The position numbers and the translations under genes were made by a program. The notes under the pieces were generated by a model, which saw nothing but the letters and a program-made list of their open reading frames with translations, did no database searches and was not told the DNA's origin. A stretch of DNA of 64,000 nucleotides from Macrostomum lignano. Lineage: Eukaryota. Below are positions 35,101-46,750 of this stretch, one piece after another. Positions within the stretch are counted from its first letter, which is position 1; each line of letters opens with the position of its first letter. The stretch is taken from positions 62,001 through 126,000 of the forward strand of contig NIVC01001980.1 in assembly GCA_002269645.1 (NCBI GenBank), written 5' to 3'.

Positions 35101-36698
35101 CCGGCAGTTCCCGTTGTCCCCGCCTATCCGGTGAGTAGCGCTCTGACACTCTGTTGCAGTTTGTTTTAATCTGTTGCAGCTTGTTTGTTTTAATCTGTTG
35201 CAGTTTGTTTGTTTTAATCTGTTGCAGTTTGTTTGTTTTAATCTGTTGCAGTTTGTTTGTTTTAATCTGTTGAAGTTTGTTTGTTTTAATCTGTTGCAGC
35301 TTGTTTGTTTTAATCTGTTGAAGTTTGTTTGCTTTAATTTGTTGCAGTTTGTTTGTTTTAATCTGTTGCAGTTTGTTTGTTTTAATCTGTTGAAGTTTGT
35401 TTGTTTTATTCTGTTGAAGTTTGTTTGTTTTAATCTGTTGAAGTTTGTTTGCTTTAATTTGTTGCAGTTTGTTTGTTTTAATCTGTTGCAGTTTGTTTGT
35501 TTTAATCTGTTGAAGTTTGTTTGTTTTAATCTGTTGCAGCTTGTTTGTTTTAATCTGTTGCAGTTTGTTTGTTTTAATCTGTTGCAGTTTGTTTGTTTTA
35601 ATCTGTTGAAGTTTGTTTGCTTTAATTTGTTGCAGTTTGTTTGTTTTAATCTGTTGCAGCTTGTTTGTTTTAATCTGTTGAAGTTTGTTTGCTTTAATTT
35701 GTTGCAGTTTGTTTGTTTTAATCTGTTGCAGTTTGTTTGTTTTAATCTGTTGAAGTTTGTTTGTTTTATTCTGTTGAAGTTTGTTTGTTTTAATCTGTTG
35801 CAGTTTGTTTGTTTTAATCTGTTGCAGTTTGTTTGTTTTAATCTGTTAAAGTTTGTTTGTTTTAATCTGTTGAAGTTTGTTTGTTTTAATCTGTTGCAGT
35901 TTGTTTGTTTTAATCTGTTGCAGTTTGTTTGTTTTAATCTGTTGAAGTTTGTTTGTTTTAATCTGTTGCAGTTTGTTTGTTTTAATCTGTTGAAGTTTGT
36001 TTGCTTTAATCTGTTGAAGTTTGTTTGTTTTAATCTGTTGCAGTTTGTTTGTTTTAATCTGTTGAAGTTTGTTTGTTTTATTCTGTTGAAGTTTGTTTGT
36101 TTTAATCTGTTGAAGTTTGTTTGTTTTAATCTGTTGCAGCTTGTTTGTTTTAATCTGTTGAAGTTTGTTTGTTTTAATCTGTTGAAGTTTGTTTGTTTTA
36201 ATCTGTTGAAGTTTGTTTGTTTTAATCTGTTGCAGTTTGTTTGTTTTAATCTGTTGCAGTTTGTTTGTTTTAATCTGTTGCAGTTTGTTTGTTTTAATCT
36301 GTTGAAGTTTGTTTGTTTTAATCTGTTGCAGTTTGTTTGTTTTAATTTGTTGCAGTTTGTTTGTTTTAATCTGTTGCAGTTTTTTTAATTTTTGTTGCAG
36401 TTTGTTTAAATTTGTTCCAGGTTGTTTAATTCTGTGCTCTTAAAATTGAATGCACTTTTACGTCACATTCAGTTGTTCATGTTTGGTTAGATTAAGCTGT
36501 TTTGTACTATGAAAGAAATTTTCGTTTTGTTTGAAAGCACCTGCGTCAAATTGAAATGGAACTCCGATCATCCTGTATACTTATCCGTCACACTCGCAGC
36601 AGCCGCAGACGGCACCCGCCGTTGGTTCGCCAGTGCCGCTGCATCCCGTCAGCGCAGAGGGCCGCCTGCTCGCCTCGCAGACAGTGCTGGCCATCTGA
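29129..36698 (+). CDS. ESRP: Epithelial splicing regulatory protein / fusilli orthologue (N-terminal DEDD-like domain + 3 quasi-RRMs)
   Basis: Exons 29129-29266, 29739-29933, 30332-30560, 30719(or 30737)-30883, 30997-31051, 31904-32330, 33532-33993, 34759-35130, 36600-36698 are phase-consistent. Motifs TDGQAPLRLLLHPEA, FHDLRKEF, VVRLRGLPWQ, GRRNGEALVRF, RATGDAF, GVHQVLNHLGQPTGEA. PolyQ between RRM2 and RRM3. Confidence 0.92.
29305..29580. repeat. (TGTC/TTGT)-rich repeat in ESRP intron 1
   Basis: tgtctgtcttgt units. Confidence 0.9.
29991..30297. repeat. 22-bp minisatellite CTGGATGCGAGTCCCCAGAACC in ESRP intron 2
   Basis: About 14 units. Confidence 0.92.
31081..31195. repeat. Interstitial telomere-like (CCCTAA)n tract
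   Basis: About 19 hexamers with variants (CCATAA, CCCAAA, CCCTAT), 30 bp after the ESRP exon-5 donor. Confidence 0.85.
31288..31600 (+). mobile_element. Full-length tRNA-derived CORE-like SINE
   Basis: A box tagcctagtggttag, B box gattcgattcc. Central gcaagacacttaac...cagttcactcagctgtaaaatggg resembles the CORE domain. AT-rich tail. Second copy at 1-558. Confidence 0.78.
32345..32527. repeat. 12-bp minisatellite CCAGCCCTGACA in ESRP intron 6
   Basis: About 15 units. Confidence 0.9.
33085..33218. repeat. 10-bp repeat CCAAGGGGTT
   Basis: About 13 units. Confidence 0.9.
34030..34600. repeat. ~36-bp quasi-palindromic minisatellite in ESRP intron 7
   Basis: ggattccccgaggaaaatcccatgatggatttccat units. 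Confidence 0.88.
35150..36400. repeat. 24-bp minisatellite TTTGTTTGTTTTAATCTGTTG(C/A)AG, about 52 copies, in ESRP intron 8
   Basis: Tandem units. Explains the spurious 404-aa ORF at 35174-36388. Confidence 0.95.
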
Positions 36699-36904
36699 TT
36701 CAACAGTCTCCATCGCGTAATCCAACGATTGGAGTCCAATATTCTAGGTCACTGCTACTCTGCAGACTGGCATGTCAGCATAAAATTATATAACTTCATC
36801 TTCTCATTTCAAGGTCGTTTCAGTTAGTTATTTTATTGGCTTGAAACATTTGCATGCTTTTAAGTTCTGCATGTATATATTCGTAGAAACAGAGAAAAAT
36901 CGAT

Positions 36905-37480
36905 AACAGATTAGGGTATAGCAGCTGAAGGTGACCCACTGAAGGAACAGACAGGAGCTAAAGGTAAAGGAACAAACAACAGCTGAAGGTGACCCACTGA
37001 AGGAACAGACAGGAGCTGAAGGTGACCCACTGAAGGAACAGGCAGGAGCTGAAGGTGACCCACTGAAGGAACAGACAGGAGCTGAAGGTGACCCACTGAA
37101 GGAACAGACAGGAGCTGAAGGTAAAGGAACAGACAGGAGCTGAAGATGACCCACTGAAGGAACAGACAGGAGCTGAAGGTAAAGGAACAGACAGGAGCTG
37201 AAGGTGACCCACTGAAGGAACAGACAGGAGCTGAAGGTGACCCACTGAAGGAACAGACAGGAGCTGAAGGTGACCCACTGAAGGAACAGGCAGGAGCTGA
37301 AGGTGACCCACTGAAGGAACAGACAGGAGCTGAAGGTGACCCACTGAAGGAACAGACAGGAGCTGAAGGTGAGCCACTGAAGGAACAGACAGGAGCTGAA
37401 GGTGACCCACTGAAGGAACAGACAGGAGCTGAAGGTGACCCACTGAAGGAACAGACAGGAGCCGAAGGTCTACCCCACTG
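36905..37480. repeat. 33-bp minisatellite GCTGAAGGTGACCCACTGAAGGAACAGACAGGA
   Basis: About 17 units. Confidence 0.92.
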
Positions 37481-37924
37481 AACTCTAGGCTTCTCATGAG
37501 GTGTACATGTATGTTTTAAATGTTATTCACTTAGCGGTCAAATTTTTTTCAAAAGTTTTTGTTGACCGATCATTTACATTGTAACAAAGCAATTTTTAAT
37601 TACATTTATTCCAAATATGCATAGTCGCGTTTTTATTTCTGCACATCAGGCCCAATCAGTTGAGGCATGTACAATCGATATAGATCGTATTTAAACATTC
37701 AAGTAAAGTTTGCATCCCGTAAGCTTTGCGTACCACAATTGTTTGCAAAACATCTATTGACATTTTAATGTACTTATCCAAAACATTTAATAATGCTATC
37801 AACCTTTGGCTATTTCATTCCACTAACTCTGTCATTAGCGTCCTATTTTTAAATACATTTCAAGGAACTCCTAAAAGTACGCCAGTCGCTTTGCAAATTA
37901 ACAATTATATTCAAAGCATTAAGC

Positions 37925-38280
37925 ATCAGATTGGCTAGATTAGCAATCCAGTCTATTCCTAATTAGATTGGCTAGATTAGCAATCCAGTCTATTCCTAAT
38001 CAGATTGGCTAGATTAGCAATCCAGTCTATTCCTAATCAGATTGGCTAGATTAGCAATCCAGTCTATTCCTAATTAGATTGGCTAGATTAGCAATCCAGT
38101 CTATTCCTAATTAGATTGGCTAGATTAGCAATCCAGTCTATTCCTAATCAGATTGGCTAGATTAGCAATCCAGTCTATTCCTAATCAGATTGGCTAGATT
38201 AGCAATCCAGTCTATTCCTAATCAGATTGGCTAGATTAGCAATCCAGTCTATTCCTAATCAGATTGGCTAGATTAGCAAC
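37925..38280. repeat. 37-bp minisatellite AGATTGGCTAGATTAGCAATCCAGTCTATTCCTAATC
   Basis: About 9.5 near-identical units. Confidence 0.92.
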
Positions 38281-39163
38281 CTATTTACCACCAATTGTTA
38301 TTTTAACATCAGAAACAAAGAGAAGACAGACAGCTAGAGAAACGGGTTAATTCAATTTTAACAATAATCGAGGCAGTAGTATATATATTGTGTACAGTGG
38401 AAAGCTGAAAAAAGGTAAAGCCAGGTAATACCAACTTGTGCGCCGTAATATTGCACAAAATGAAGGCCTACAAAATTGTAGCATTAATTGTGACAAATAT
38501 CAATTGACTGCAACTAATGGATTTTTAGCATGCTAAATCTAAGCGACGATATACTTATCTGTGAAAAGACAGAAATGGTGCGCAGACCATGTTAAATTGA
38601 AACTTGATTTTTCCAACTGCTGAAAAGCTTCAACAGTAAATAAGAAACGGACTTGTATAACTAATAAAATAATTAATAAATTTGACATTTATATGGAATT
38701 TGAAATGTATAAATAAATAAAAAGTTTGAACACAGACAACTGCAAATACTATAAATAGTATGTGGAGGCAAAGGCGAATGGTGTTAGAAATGAATTGCGG
38801 ACAACATTACAGGCACAACAGTGTAGCTTATTGGGACACAGAGTCCTTGCATGCGCCTTGGGAATTGAATTTCTAGTTTCCGAAGCAAACCCCTGACAGG
38901 CAGTCAGGCCCACACAGGCTCACACAGGGTCTACAGCGGCCCTGACTCTCTCATTAACAGACATGTACACATTCAGTGGTTGGCCAATCGGTCCTCATGG
39001 CAAGACAAGGAATCAGGCACGAAGTCACGCACGTCAATCCCTGTGCTACCCCCCCCCCCACCAAAGGGGAGTCTCTGTTTGCGGTTATAACTATTGAAGT
39101 GCAAAGAAAATTGCGGAAGCAGAGTAACTTGCAGACAGAAGTGCCCATTCTTCTCCAAGCCAG

Positions 39164-39463
39164 TCAGGGCTGGTCGCACGGCTCCTGCACCACAACCAGC
39201 AGGTAGTCTTTGTCTGGAGCCACCATAATCTCATTCTTCTTCGATCTGATCCGCAGGAAGGTGAGGTCATTGCCGGCGTCCAGATCGCGAATTGCTGAGC
39301 GGGACTTGTGCGCCAGCTGCTGGATGAGGGCGCAGTACTGCACAGTGAGGCTGCTGTCTGCAAAGGAGCTGCGAATCGGGATACCATCAAAGTTGACAAT
39401 GATGACGCCAACAACGCCTTTGTGCGCCAGGATGCGCTTGAAGGTTTCTTCTACTTCAGCCAT
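39164..39463 (-). CDS. DYNLRB: Dynein light chain roadblock-type, single coding exon
   Basis: [11 protein letters not shown]...[14 protein letters not shown]...[28 protein letters not shown]. Confidence 0.95.
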   Translation of the reverse strand: MAEVEETFKRILAHKGVVGVIIVNFDGIPIRSSFADSSLTVQYCALIQQLAHKSRSAIRDLDAGNDLTFLRIRSKKNEIMVAPDKDYLLVVVQEPCDQP

Positions 39464-41567
39464 GCAAATTTACGTTTAAACAAGACTCATTAGAAAAAAG
39501 ATAGTACTCACAGAATATTCTGTGGATTGTACTAACGAAACTTTGACATCCATCTAGTCTGGCATACGAGCTATTAGTCTTAACAAAACTATAAAAATTA
39601 TATAATTGATCAAAAAACCTCCCCCAAGTCTTCTGTCACGGTATTGGCGTAGAGGTTATGACCCTTAAAAGGGCCGTTTGACGAGAATTGTCGTAAGTTG
39701 TTGTAGTCCCAAAATGACTTAAAGCCAATTCTTACAAAGCGGATTGTGTAGCGGAGCACTTGGCGTATAAGGGCAGGAAACTAATTTAATGTTAAGCTAA
39801 TTTATTGTCGAGATCAATATTAGACTGGTCAATATCAATACAAAACTTATAGTGTTCTGGGCACTGGCGGCTGCAACAATGGTTTTGAAGTGATTGGAAT
39901 ATGAAGTCGAGTAGCAGGCGAAGGATACAATGGCGACGCAACGTAGTGAGTGATGTCGATGAGCACAGTGGAGGCAGTGAGTAGTAAGTAGACAGGCAGA
40001 TAAGTAGCGGTGAGAGTGGCGTTAGCCGTGGCAGTACACAGTGGAGTACAGAGTGTAAACAGGCTGGCCCAGACAGAGGAGCCGTGGCGAGAGATAAGGA
40101 GGCTCGAGGCAGCCAGGAGAGAGAGAAGGAAAACGAGAGCCAGACGCCCGAAGCCAGAAGTGAGGAGGCCCCCAGCCCGCCGCCAGGCGGGGGTTAATAA
40201 AGAGCGCAGAAGGGTTAGCATAAAACGCGGAGAGTTTTCATTGGCTGGCGAGAGAGCTTGAAATTATCGATCGTGCTAAAATTTACAGACGAACGCAAGG
40301 CCTACCAAATACACAGTGAATTAGCCATTGATACAGATTATTTGCACGCTACTACAAGTAAACGTTAAAATAAACTATTGGAGAAATTTAAATGAGAAAT
40401 TGCAAGGGAAACTAAAGTCCAACGGCCTTTTTTGCGGGACCACCTTAAACTAGCAACGTCACACTTCTAATGTCTGTGATAAACTCGTTAGATTTAACTT
40501 ATAAGCAGCTATGCTTAACTATTGATATCTGAAATTTAAATATCTTCTTTGTCTTATGCATCACTTTTTCAAAAACAATCAAGAAAACTTTCTATGTCAT
40601 GATATAACAAATTATTCAGAACAAATCTAAAATAACATAGATATAATTGTAGTAATAATAAATATTTTTACAGAAATATCATAAGATATTTTCAATATTT
40701 GGATGACAAATATAACAATAACAATAGTCAATATCCAAATTTTGAACCTAACACCTAACACTAAAAATAAATAGAAACTTGTTATGAACACAGACTTTAT
40801 GGCAAATTTTTATAAAGAATTCCTATTGAATAAATCTCCAGTTTCGAACAAAATGAGGACAAAAGAATCAAATTTGTACTACCTTTTCAATAATGCTAGG
40901 ATCTATTATCAGGGTGTCCACGCGAAATTCAATATCAATTTCCAGGTTTTTTCCAAGTTCAAATAAGTAAAGCTCCAGGTATGTATGCAGCAATGTTTCT
41001 TGATTTAGTGTTTCCTACTACGAACTATATACTATATATTTCATAGATTATTTAGATTATTTATTTCTTGTATTATACTAACTGAAGAACAAAATTAAAA
41101 GTATAAAATAAAAGACTTTTGCTATAAATAGAAAGCTTAATATCAACATTTGAATATGATTACAATTTCTAACAACTTCAACGCGTTTCGCACGCCATGG
41201 TGCATCGTCAGGATTTTATTAGAATGATTAGAATGATTTTATTAGCACGCTGTGTACACTTAGCTTGACATTCAATTACCTAAGCTAGCTACCGCCCCTG
41301 ATTCTGCCTTTTGACCACTGGACAAGAATTGTGTACATTTGGTTTAACTTTCATTCTCAATCTATAATTCTCTCTCCTACCTACTATACCTATGTATGTT
41401 GTTAATGTTAAAGCCAAGTTGTAATCAATTGTTTTCAATCTTACCCTCCTTACCTGTGTACGTTGCAAAAACCAATTCCAGGTTTCCCTTCCCACATTGG
41501 TCTATTTCCATGTTTTTTCTTCTATTTTGGGGGCGTTTCCAGGTTTTTTGCATTTACAGTTTTTTCC

Positions 41568-42533
41568 CATAGAACTTACACAGAATGCTCAATCAGCGAT
41601 TTAATGAAATTAAACTGCGTAGAAATAGATATGCATACAAACTACTAATCTGGTGAAGAAACATAAGTAGCCATAGACTATTACTCAAGTGTGTAGCACA
41701 AGATATATTCATTTAATAGAATTACTTGCAGCAGCATTGTCTTTTCACAAAGAATTTGGATGTTTGGTTTTGCTGCAGTGAAGTATGTCTTCTGCAAAAT
41801 TGCGAAAACAATGTGCTGCCTATGGCTGTCCAAATTATTCCTATTGTTGTCCACCAGAAACCAGGCTTCACAGCTTTCCTTCAAACCGTGCCCGGTAAGC
41901 TTAGTCGAATCGTGACTAATATTATTTGCATGAAAACTTGTGTACGATTTATGTTGAATTTTACGCTTTAGGTGTGAAGACTGGGCTTGTTGCATCTTCC
42001 GTGCTGACCTTCTGGGGAAGAAGTATGAGCACAAATGGGCGACTGCAGTGGTGTGCAGTCAGCACTTTGCTGATCACATGTATATGTGCCCGAAAGACCG
42101 TCATGAGCCGCACAGTTGACTTGTCTGGAATGCGCATCCAACACTGAAGCTGTATAAAGACATGGCTCAGGAGCAGAAGACCCGCTCGCCTCCAAAGCCA
42201 AGAGCCTGTGTCTCAGAAGAGTTACATCTATCCTAGACTCAAACTCAAAAGAAAACAAAATTTTGCGGAATGACTGCCAGTATATCACTGCATCACTTCA
42301 AAACTTTTTGTGCTCCAGTTTAACTGGTTTCTACATTTCACATTTTACGTTTCGATTGCTGCATGGTTTCTGGTTACTGACTTAATAAATCAGGCGGTCT
42401 TGTGCTACATACTTGAGTAATAATCTATGGTTACTTATGTTTCTTCACCGGATTAATAGTTTGTACGCATATCTATTTCTACGCAGTTTAATTTCATTAA
42501 ATCGCTGATTGAGCATTCTGTGTAAGTTCTGTG
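41568..42533. mobile_element. THAP-carrying DNA element with ~135-bp TIRs and a duplicated target site
   Basis: 41568-41703 mirrors 42398-42533. GTTTTTTCC flanks both ends (41559-41567 and 42534-42542). Confidence 0.85.
41785..42236 (+). pseudogene. Spliced THAP-domain ORF with an internal stop
   Basis: Exon 41785-41894 (MSSAKLRKQCAAYGCPN...LHSFPSNRAR), GT-AG intron, exon from 41972 (CEDW...VVCSQHF...*LVWNAHPTL). C2CH residues plus P/W/F and the AxP box are present. TGA at 42117-42119. Confidence 0.8.
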
Positions 42534-43589
42534 GTTTTTTCCAGGTTCTGGACACCCTGATTAATATAATATAATATTAATAGAATTAATATAATATACT
42601 TGGCCTTAAGTAGCATCATTAAAAAAATCATTTTGCACTTGGAAAGAAAAGAAAAAACTTATATTATTGTTTATTAACATTAATGTTTCTCCTTTGTAGT
42701 TCTTCAAACTTATTTCTACAGTGATCTAATTTTTGCAGACTCTTTTAGCCTTTTCACAAAGTCTACTCCAGAATCGGAGTAAATTCTAATTCCAGAACCA
42801 GATTCGCTAGGAAAATGAAAAGCATTGAGTAAATTTTATTTTATGTGAAAAATTACTTAACATTTTTAATAGTTTATTTTTCTAAGTTATTTATTTTTTA
42901 CCTTTGAAGTTATATTTGAATTTAAATTGACTTTAAATAATTTTCATTGTTTCTATAGAAATATGTAAGGAATAAGGTTCCGGAACTGATTCTGAAAACA
43001 GAATCGGCAAAATGAAAAGTATCGAACCAGTTCTAAAAACAGAATCGGAAATATGAAAAGCCTCTTTATTCCCAACCTTTTATCCAATACAGTTTTGTGG
43101 AAAAAATACATTCAATTAAAAAATATAATACAATATTAGAAAGCAGTAAAAACTGCCACATTCACTTTTATACCCTCCTGTAGCCCATCTTTGATTTGTT
43201 TGTTTTTACAGTGCAAAACTTTTATATCAAAATAAATGCAGTAACAATATACACTCCATACAATAGATAAATTCATTTTAATTACAGCAAAGCCGTCATG
43301 ATGCACGATAACTCGAAATTAACCGAATGTGATGAATAAAGGTGAGAAGATGTATGGTTTGTGTAGCGGTTAAATTTAATAATCTAGAGCCAACAGCAGA
43401 CTTCCCTTAGCATAAATTTCAGATTTCAGATTTGGTATGAATTGATGGTTAGGTTTGGATTGGTATTGGTAGCTGCTTATATTTAGTGTGACAAAAGCAA
43501 TTGAATACAATGGCTAAGGGGCCTGCAAGAAGCGGAGCGAAAACCCCGGAGCAAAGGGAGAGAGCAGTGGCTGACTGCAAGCGCAGCCC

Positions 43590-44055
43590 ATTGCACCCGA
43601 CTAGTCAGATAGTCCACTATAGAATAATTACCTGACTAGTCACGTGGATCCACACAGCTGTGGAGTGGATTGAGCTGGACTAGTCAAGCAGCCCCATGGA
43701 CCTGACTAAAAAATGCATTCATGCTGAGCCATGGAGTGGATTGACCTTGACTAGTCAAGCGGCCCCGTGGACTGGACTAAAAAGTTATTTACACTAGTTT
43801 GAAGAGCACTGTAAATTCACCAAAATTGAAGCATCGATATCTTAGCAACTACTCAATATTTTGTAAAGTACAGCTGGTGCAGAATTTCTTTATCTATTAT
43901 TGAGTAAAATTTCATGTGCTAAGTCCATCATTTTGGGGTACAGAATGGCTCGTAAAGAAGTGCAAATTACAACTTGACACTGCTGATCTCCTATGCATCT
44001 TACCGTATATCGTAATTTGAACTTGCACTGCTGGAAATGAGAAACAATAACAAAG
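43590..44055 (+). repeat. Interspersed repeat, inverted copy of 59725-60090
   Basis: Shared gactagtcaag/gtggagtggattga internal duplications and the gcatcttaccgtatatcgtaat segment. Confidence 0.8.
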
Positions 44056-45133
44056 GGAATTTTGCAAAACTAATTATTTGCAAAAATGCACTTTTATTAT
44101 TAGTACTATTATAGTTATGCGAGGTTTTAGTTTATTACAAAGCATTTTATTCTTAAAAACAATTTCAATGCATATTTTGGAAAACTCATCAGTGAGCCCA
44201 CGGTGGTTATACAAAGCTTATAATGGTTATAATCAGATATATAATCAGACAGAGATAGTCAGGTTATATCAGAGATTGTTGAAGCTTATATGGTTATACA
44301 AAGCTGTCGAGTTTTGAGCTCCATAAAAATTTAGACTTAAAGAAAGCCAAGAATGGTTTACATAGCGGCCCAATAATTTCTGCAACAGAATGGTTCACCA
44401 CGTGAGTTAGTTGATCTATGACTATGTTTGGTTTGAAATGGTTTGTAACTTTGTTAGTAGGTAGTTTAAAACTAAATAAAAATGGATTCCAGTCTTCAAT
44501 ATATGAATTTTTAAATAGGTGCTTCAAAGGCTTATATATATAGATTTGATTCCAAAAGTTTATCTAAAATTTTATATGAAAAGTCTGTTGTTTATCTTCA
44601 ATTTGTTTTACTTCTTATTTTAAAAAGTTTGAAACAAAGTGTTTATTTCTAGTTGTTATTGGTTTGATAGCTAGATCAATAGCAAAATAATAATGGTTTA
44701 GTTATAGCTATAGGATTGAGTAATTAAAAGGTTGGATGATGGTAAATAGCTCAGGCAAATAGAACAGAGCCCATTGTTGGAATAGGGCCAATTATTAATC
44801 TCTCTAATAAAAATTGATTTTATGTATTACAAATTAACATAGCAATTTTTAAAAACAAAGAATATATTTGTAACAAGTCTTTTGGCTCTCTATGAAAGTC
44901 CCACATTCTGATACTAAAATTGTACCAGGGTGCTTTCCTTTGTCAAAAAGATTAAAGAAAACTTCAATAAATATTAACTCTGAAAATTATTAGTTTTACT
45001 AATGAGTATATGGAAATAGCAAGGAAGTTTTGTGTATGTACCCTCAATAAAATGTAGTAATTAGGATTTTTCTTTTCATTATCAAATTTCCCTTTTAGAC
45101 TAGACACCAGATCTGCTAGTTCAGTACAAGGCC

Positions 45134-46021
45134 TTGACATCTGAGCAAAAGAACTTGCTGAGGGTTGCAGCTGCATCTTGCCCTAAGCTGCTGAATACAA
45201 TCATAAAAGAACTGAACACTACAGCACTGCCTTATTGCTTGGTCATTGCTGCAAATGGAAGTTCTAGCAGGAAATACTTTATCCCACTTGGTATTTCATC
45301 TTCCATTCAAACTGAGCTCTTGGCTGCAATTGATGCACTAGCGCAAGTGATTGACAAGGGAGCTAAACAGTATTAGGCAGAACTTGCTGTTTCAAGTGCT
45401 GTCAGTGCCGCAGTTGCTACAAGTGCTGCAGGTCCTTCCAGTATTGTGTATGCTACCAGTGCTCAATGTGCTTCATTGGGTAAAGATGTAAAATCATTGA
45501 GGCTCTTTCTGCAGGAAAAAGCTTTTGAAAATGCTGGTCATCAAGGTAAAATTCCTTGGAAGAGACTAGAGTGTGACACAAATAATAAAACACAGCTAGC
45601 CATTGGAATGTTCATTCCTAACATTCAGTGTCCTCATCATTTAAGTAAATTCGAGTGTGTCACTACCTTGAATACTTTAAAAGATGCTGGGGAATTAAAG
45701 TTTGTTAATTATTACCAGAATTCAAGGCCTTCATCGTCTGTTATAGCAAACGAGCTATTAGCAGACACCTCTTATCGGCCCAACACATCTGATGTGTCTG
45801 AGGATGACAAATCATTACTGCTCCCTATTAGTCAGCATTGAGTGACGTTTGGTTTGCCAAGTACGGGTAACGAACTTCCTCAAGTGATGCAGGCAACTGG
45901 TTTAATCCAAAGTCAGCCAATATTGCTACTTGGAGAACTGCAGGAGAATGAAAACGCCATGTTTATGAATGAGAGCATGCTAAAAGGCTACAAAGTGAAT
46001 AAAGTTGACTTTTTAAATTGA
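45134..46021 (+). pseudogene. Decayed ~295-codon reading frame, probably TE-derived
   Basis: ORFs 45134-45376 and 45446-45841 are in the same frame, which continues to 46021. Only two internal stops (45374 TAG, 45839 TGA). Confidence 0.45.
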
Positions 46022-46506
46022 CTTTTTAAGAAGAAAGAAAAGAAGGGATTGAGGAGAAGAGAAAAGAGATAGAAGGGACAAGAGAAGGGAAGGGGGAGAA
46101 GAGATGAGAAGGGACAAGAGAGGGGGAAAGGAGAAAGTATACTGCTATTAATTAAATAGCAGTTTAGTAGTTTCTTATTTTAGCTATTTTATCTTGTTTT
46201 TGTGTCAATATTCCACTGTGCTTCTGACTGACTTAGACTGTTAGTAATCATGATTATGTAGCTTTTTGTCAAACATTTCCTTGTTAATTCTGTCAGAGTT
46301 ATCTTTGAAGCAGGTTAAACACTTTTGAAATCACTCTAGAATCCCTGAGATCTGTCCTAGAATTGCCCTTACACCCTTAGCAGACTGCCCAACTTATAGC
46401 TTTATTTTAAGTCTTATTTAAAATTTAAAATATTGAAGCATGACCTTTAATTTATGATTACACAGTTGCATGCAACTATATAAGGCCTAAAATAAAGCTA
46501 TTAATA

Positions 46507-46750
46507 GTTCCCAGAGTCACCCTTAACCATTCCCCAGAGTCCCCCTTAACCATTCCCTAGATTCACCCTTAACCATTCCCCAGAGTCATCCTAAACCTTC
46601 TCCAGAGTCACCCTTAACCATTCCCCAGAGTCACCCTTAACCATTCCCAGAGTCACCTTTAACCATTCCCCAGAGTCACCCTTAACCATTCCCCAGAGTC
46701 ACCCTTAACCATTCCCCAGAGTCACCTTTAACCATTCCCAGAGTCACCCC
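46507..46750. repeat. 23-bp minisatellite CCCCAGAGTCACCCTTAACCATT
   Basis: About 10 units. A related tcaccctgactc repeat lies at 48595-48815, and a shared 70-bp motif at 46319-46390 and 48817-48888. Confidence 0.85.

Larger units (their letters stand above)
40910..42559. mobile_element. Non-autonomous TIR element hosting a nested insertion
   Basis: TIRs cagggtgtcca (40910-40920) / tggacaccctg (42549-42559), flanked by AT on both sides. Repeated ttccaggttt subterminal motifs. Confidence 0.6.

Noticed and set aside
35174-36388. 404-aa ORF as an independent gene
   Set aside because: Translation of a stop-free 24-bp minisatellite in an intron, with a TTG start. Considered only as a possible mis-splicing product.
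39461-39475. Spliced-leader remnant before the DYNLRB ATG (TTGCATG) as evidence of a retrocopy
   Set aside because: Only a ~7-nt match to a leader sequence recalled from memory, with no further similarity.
39847-40261. ORFs 39847-40221 (-) and 40010-40261 (+) as genes or histone remnants
   Set aside because: No ATG-led recognisable protein, no histone similarity in the frames examined, compositionally skewed.
40418-40444. Second histone stem-loop-like motif on the plus strand
   Set aside because: The stem does not pair (GGCCTT/GCGGGA).
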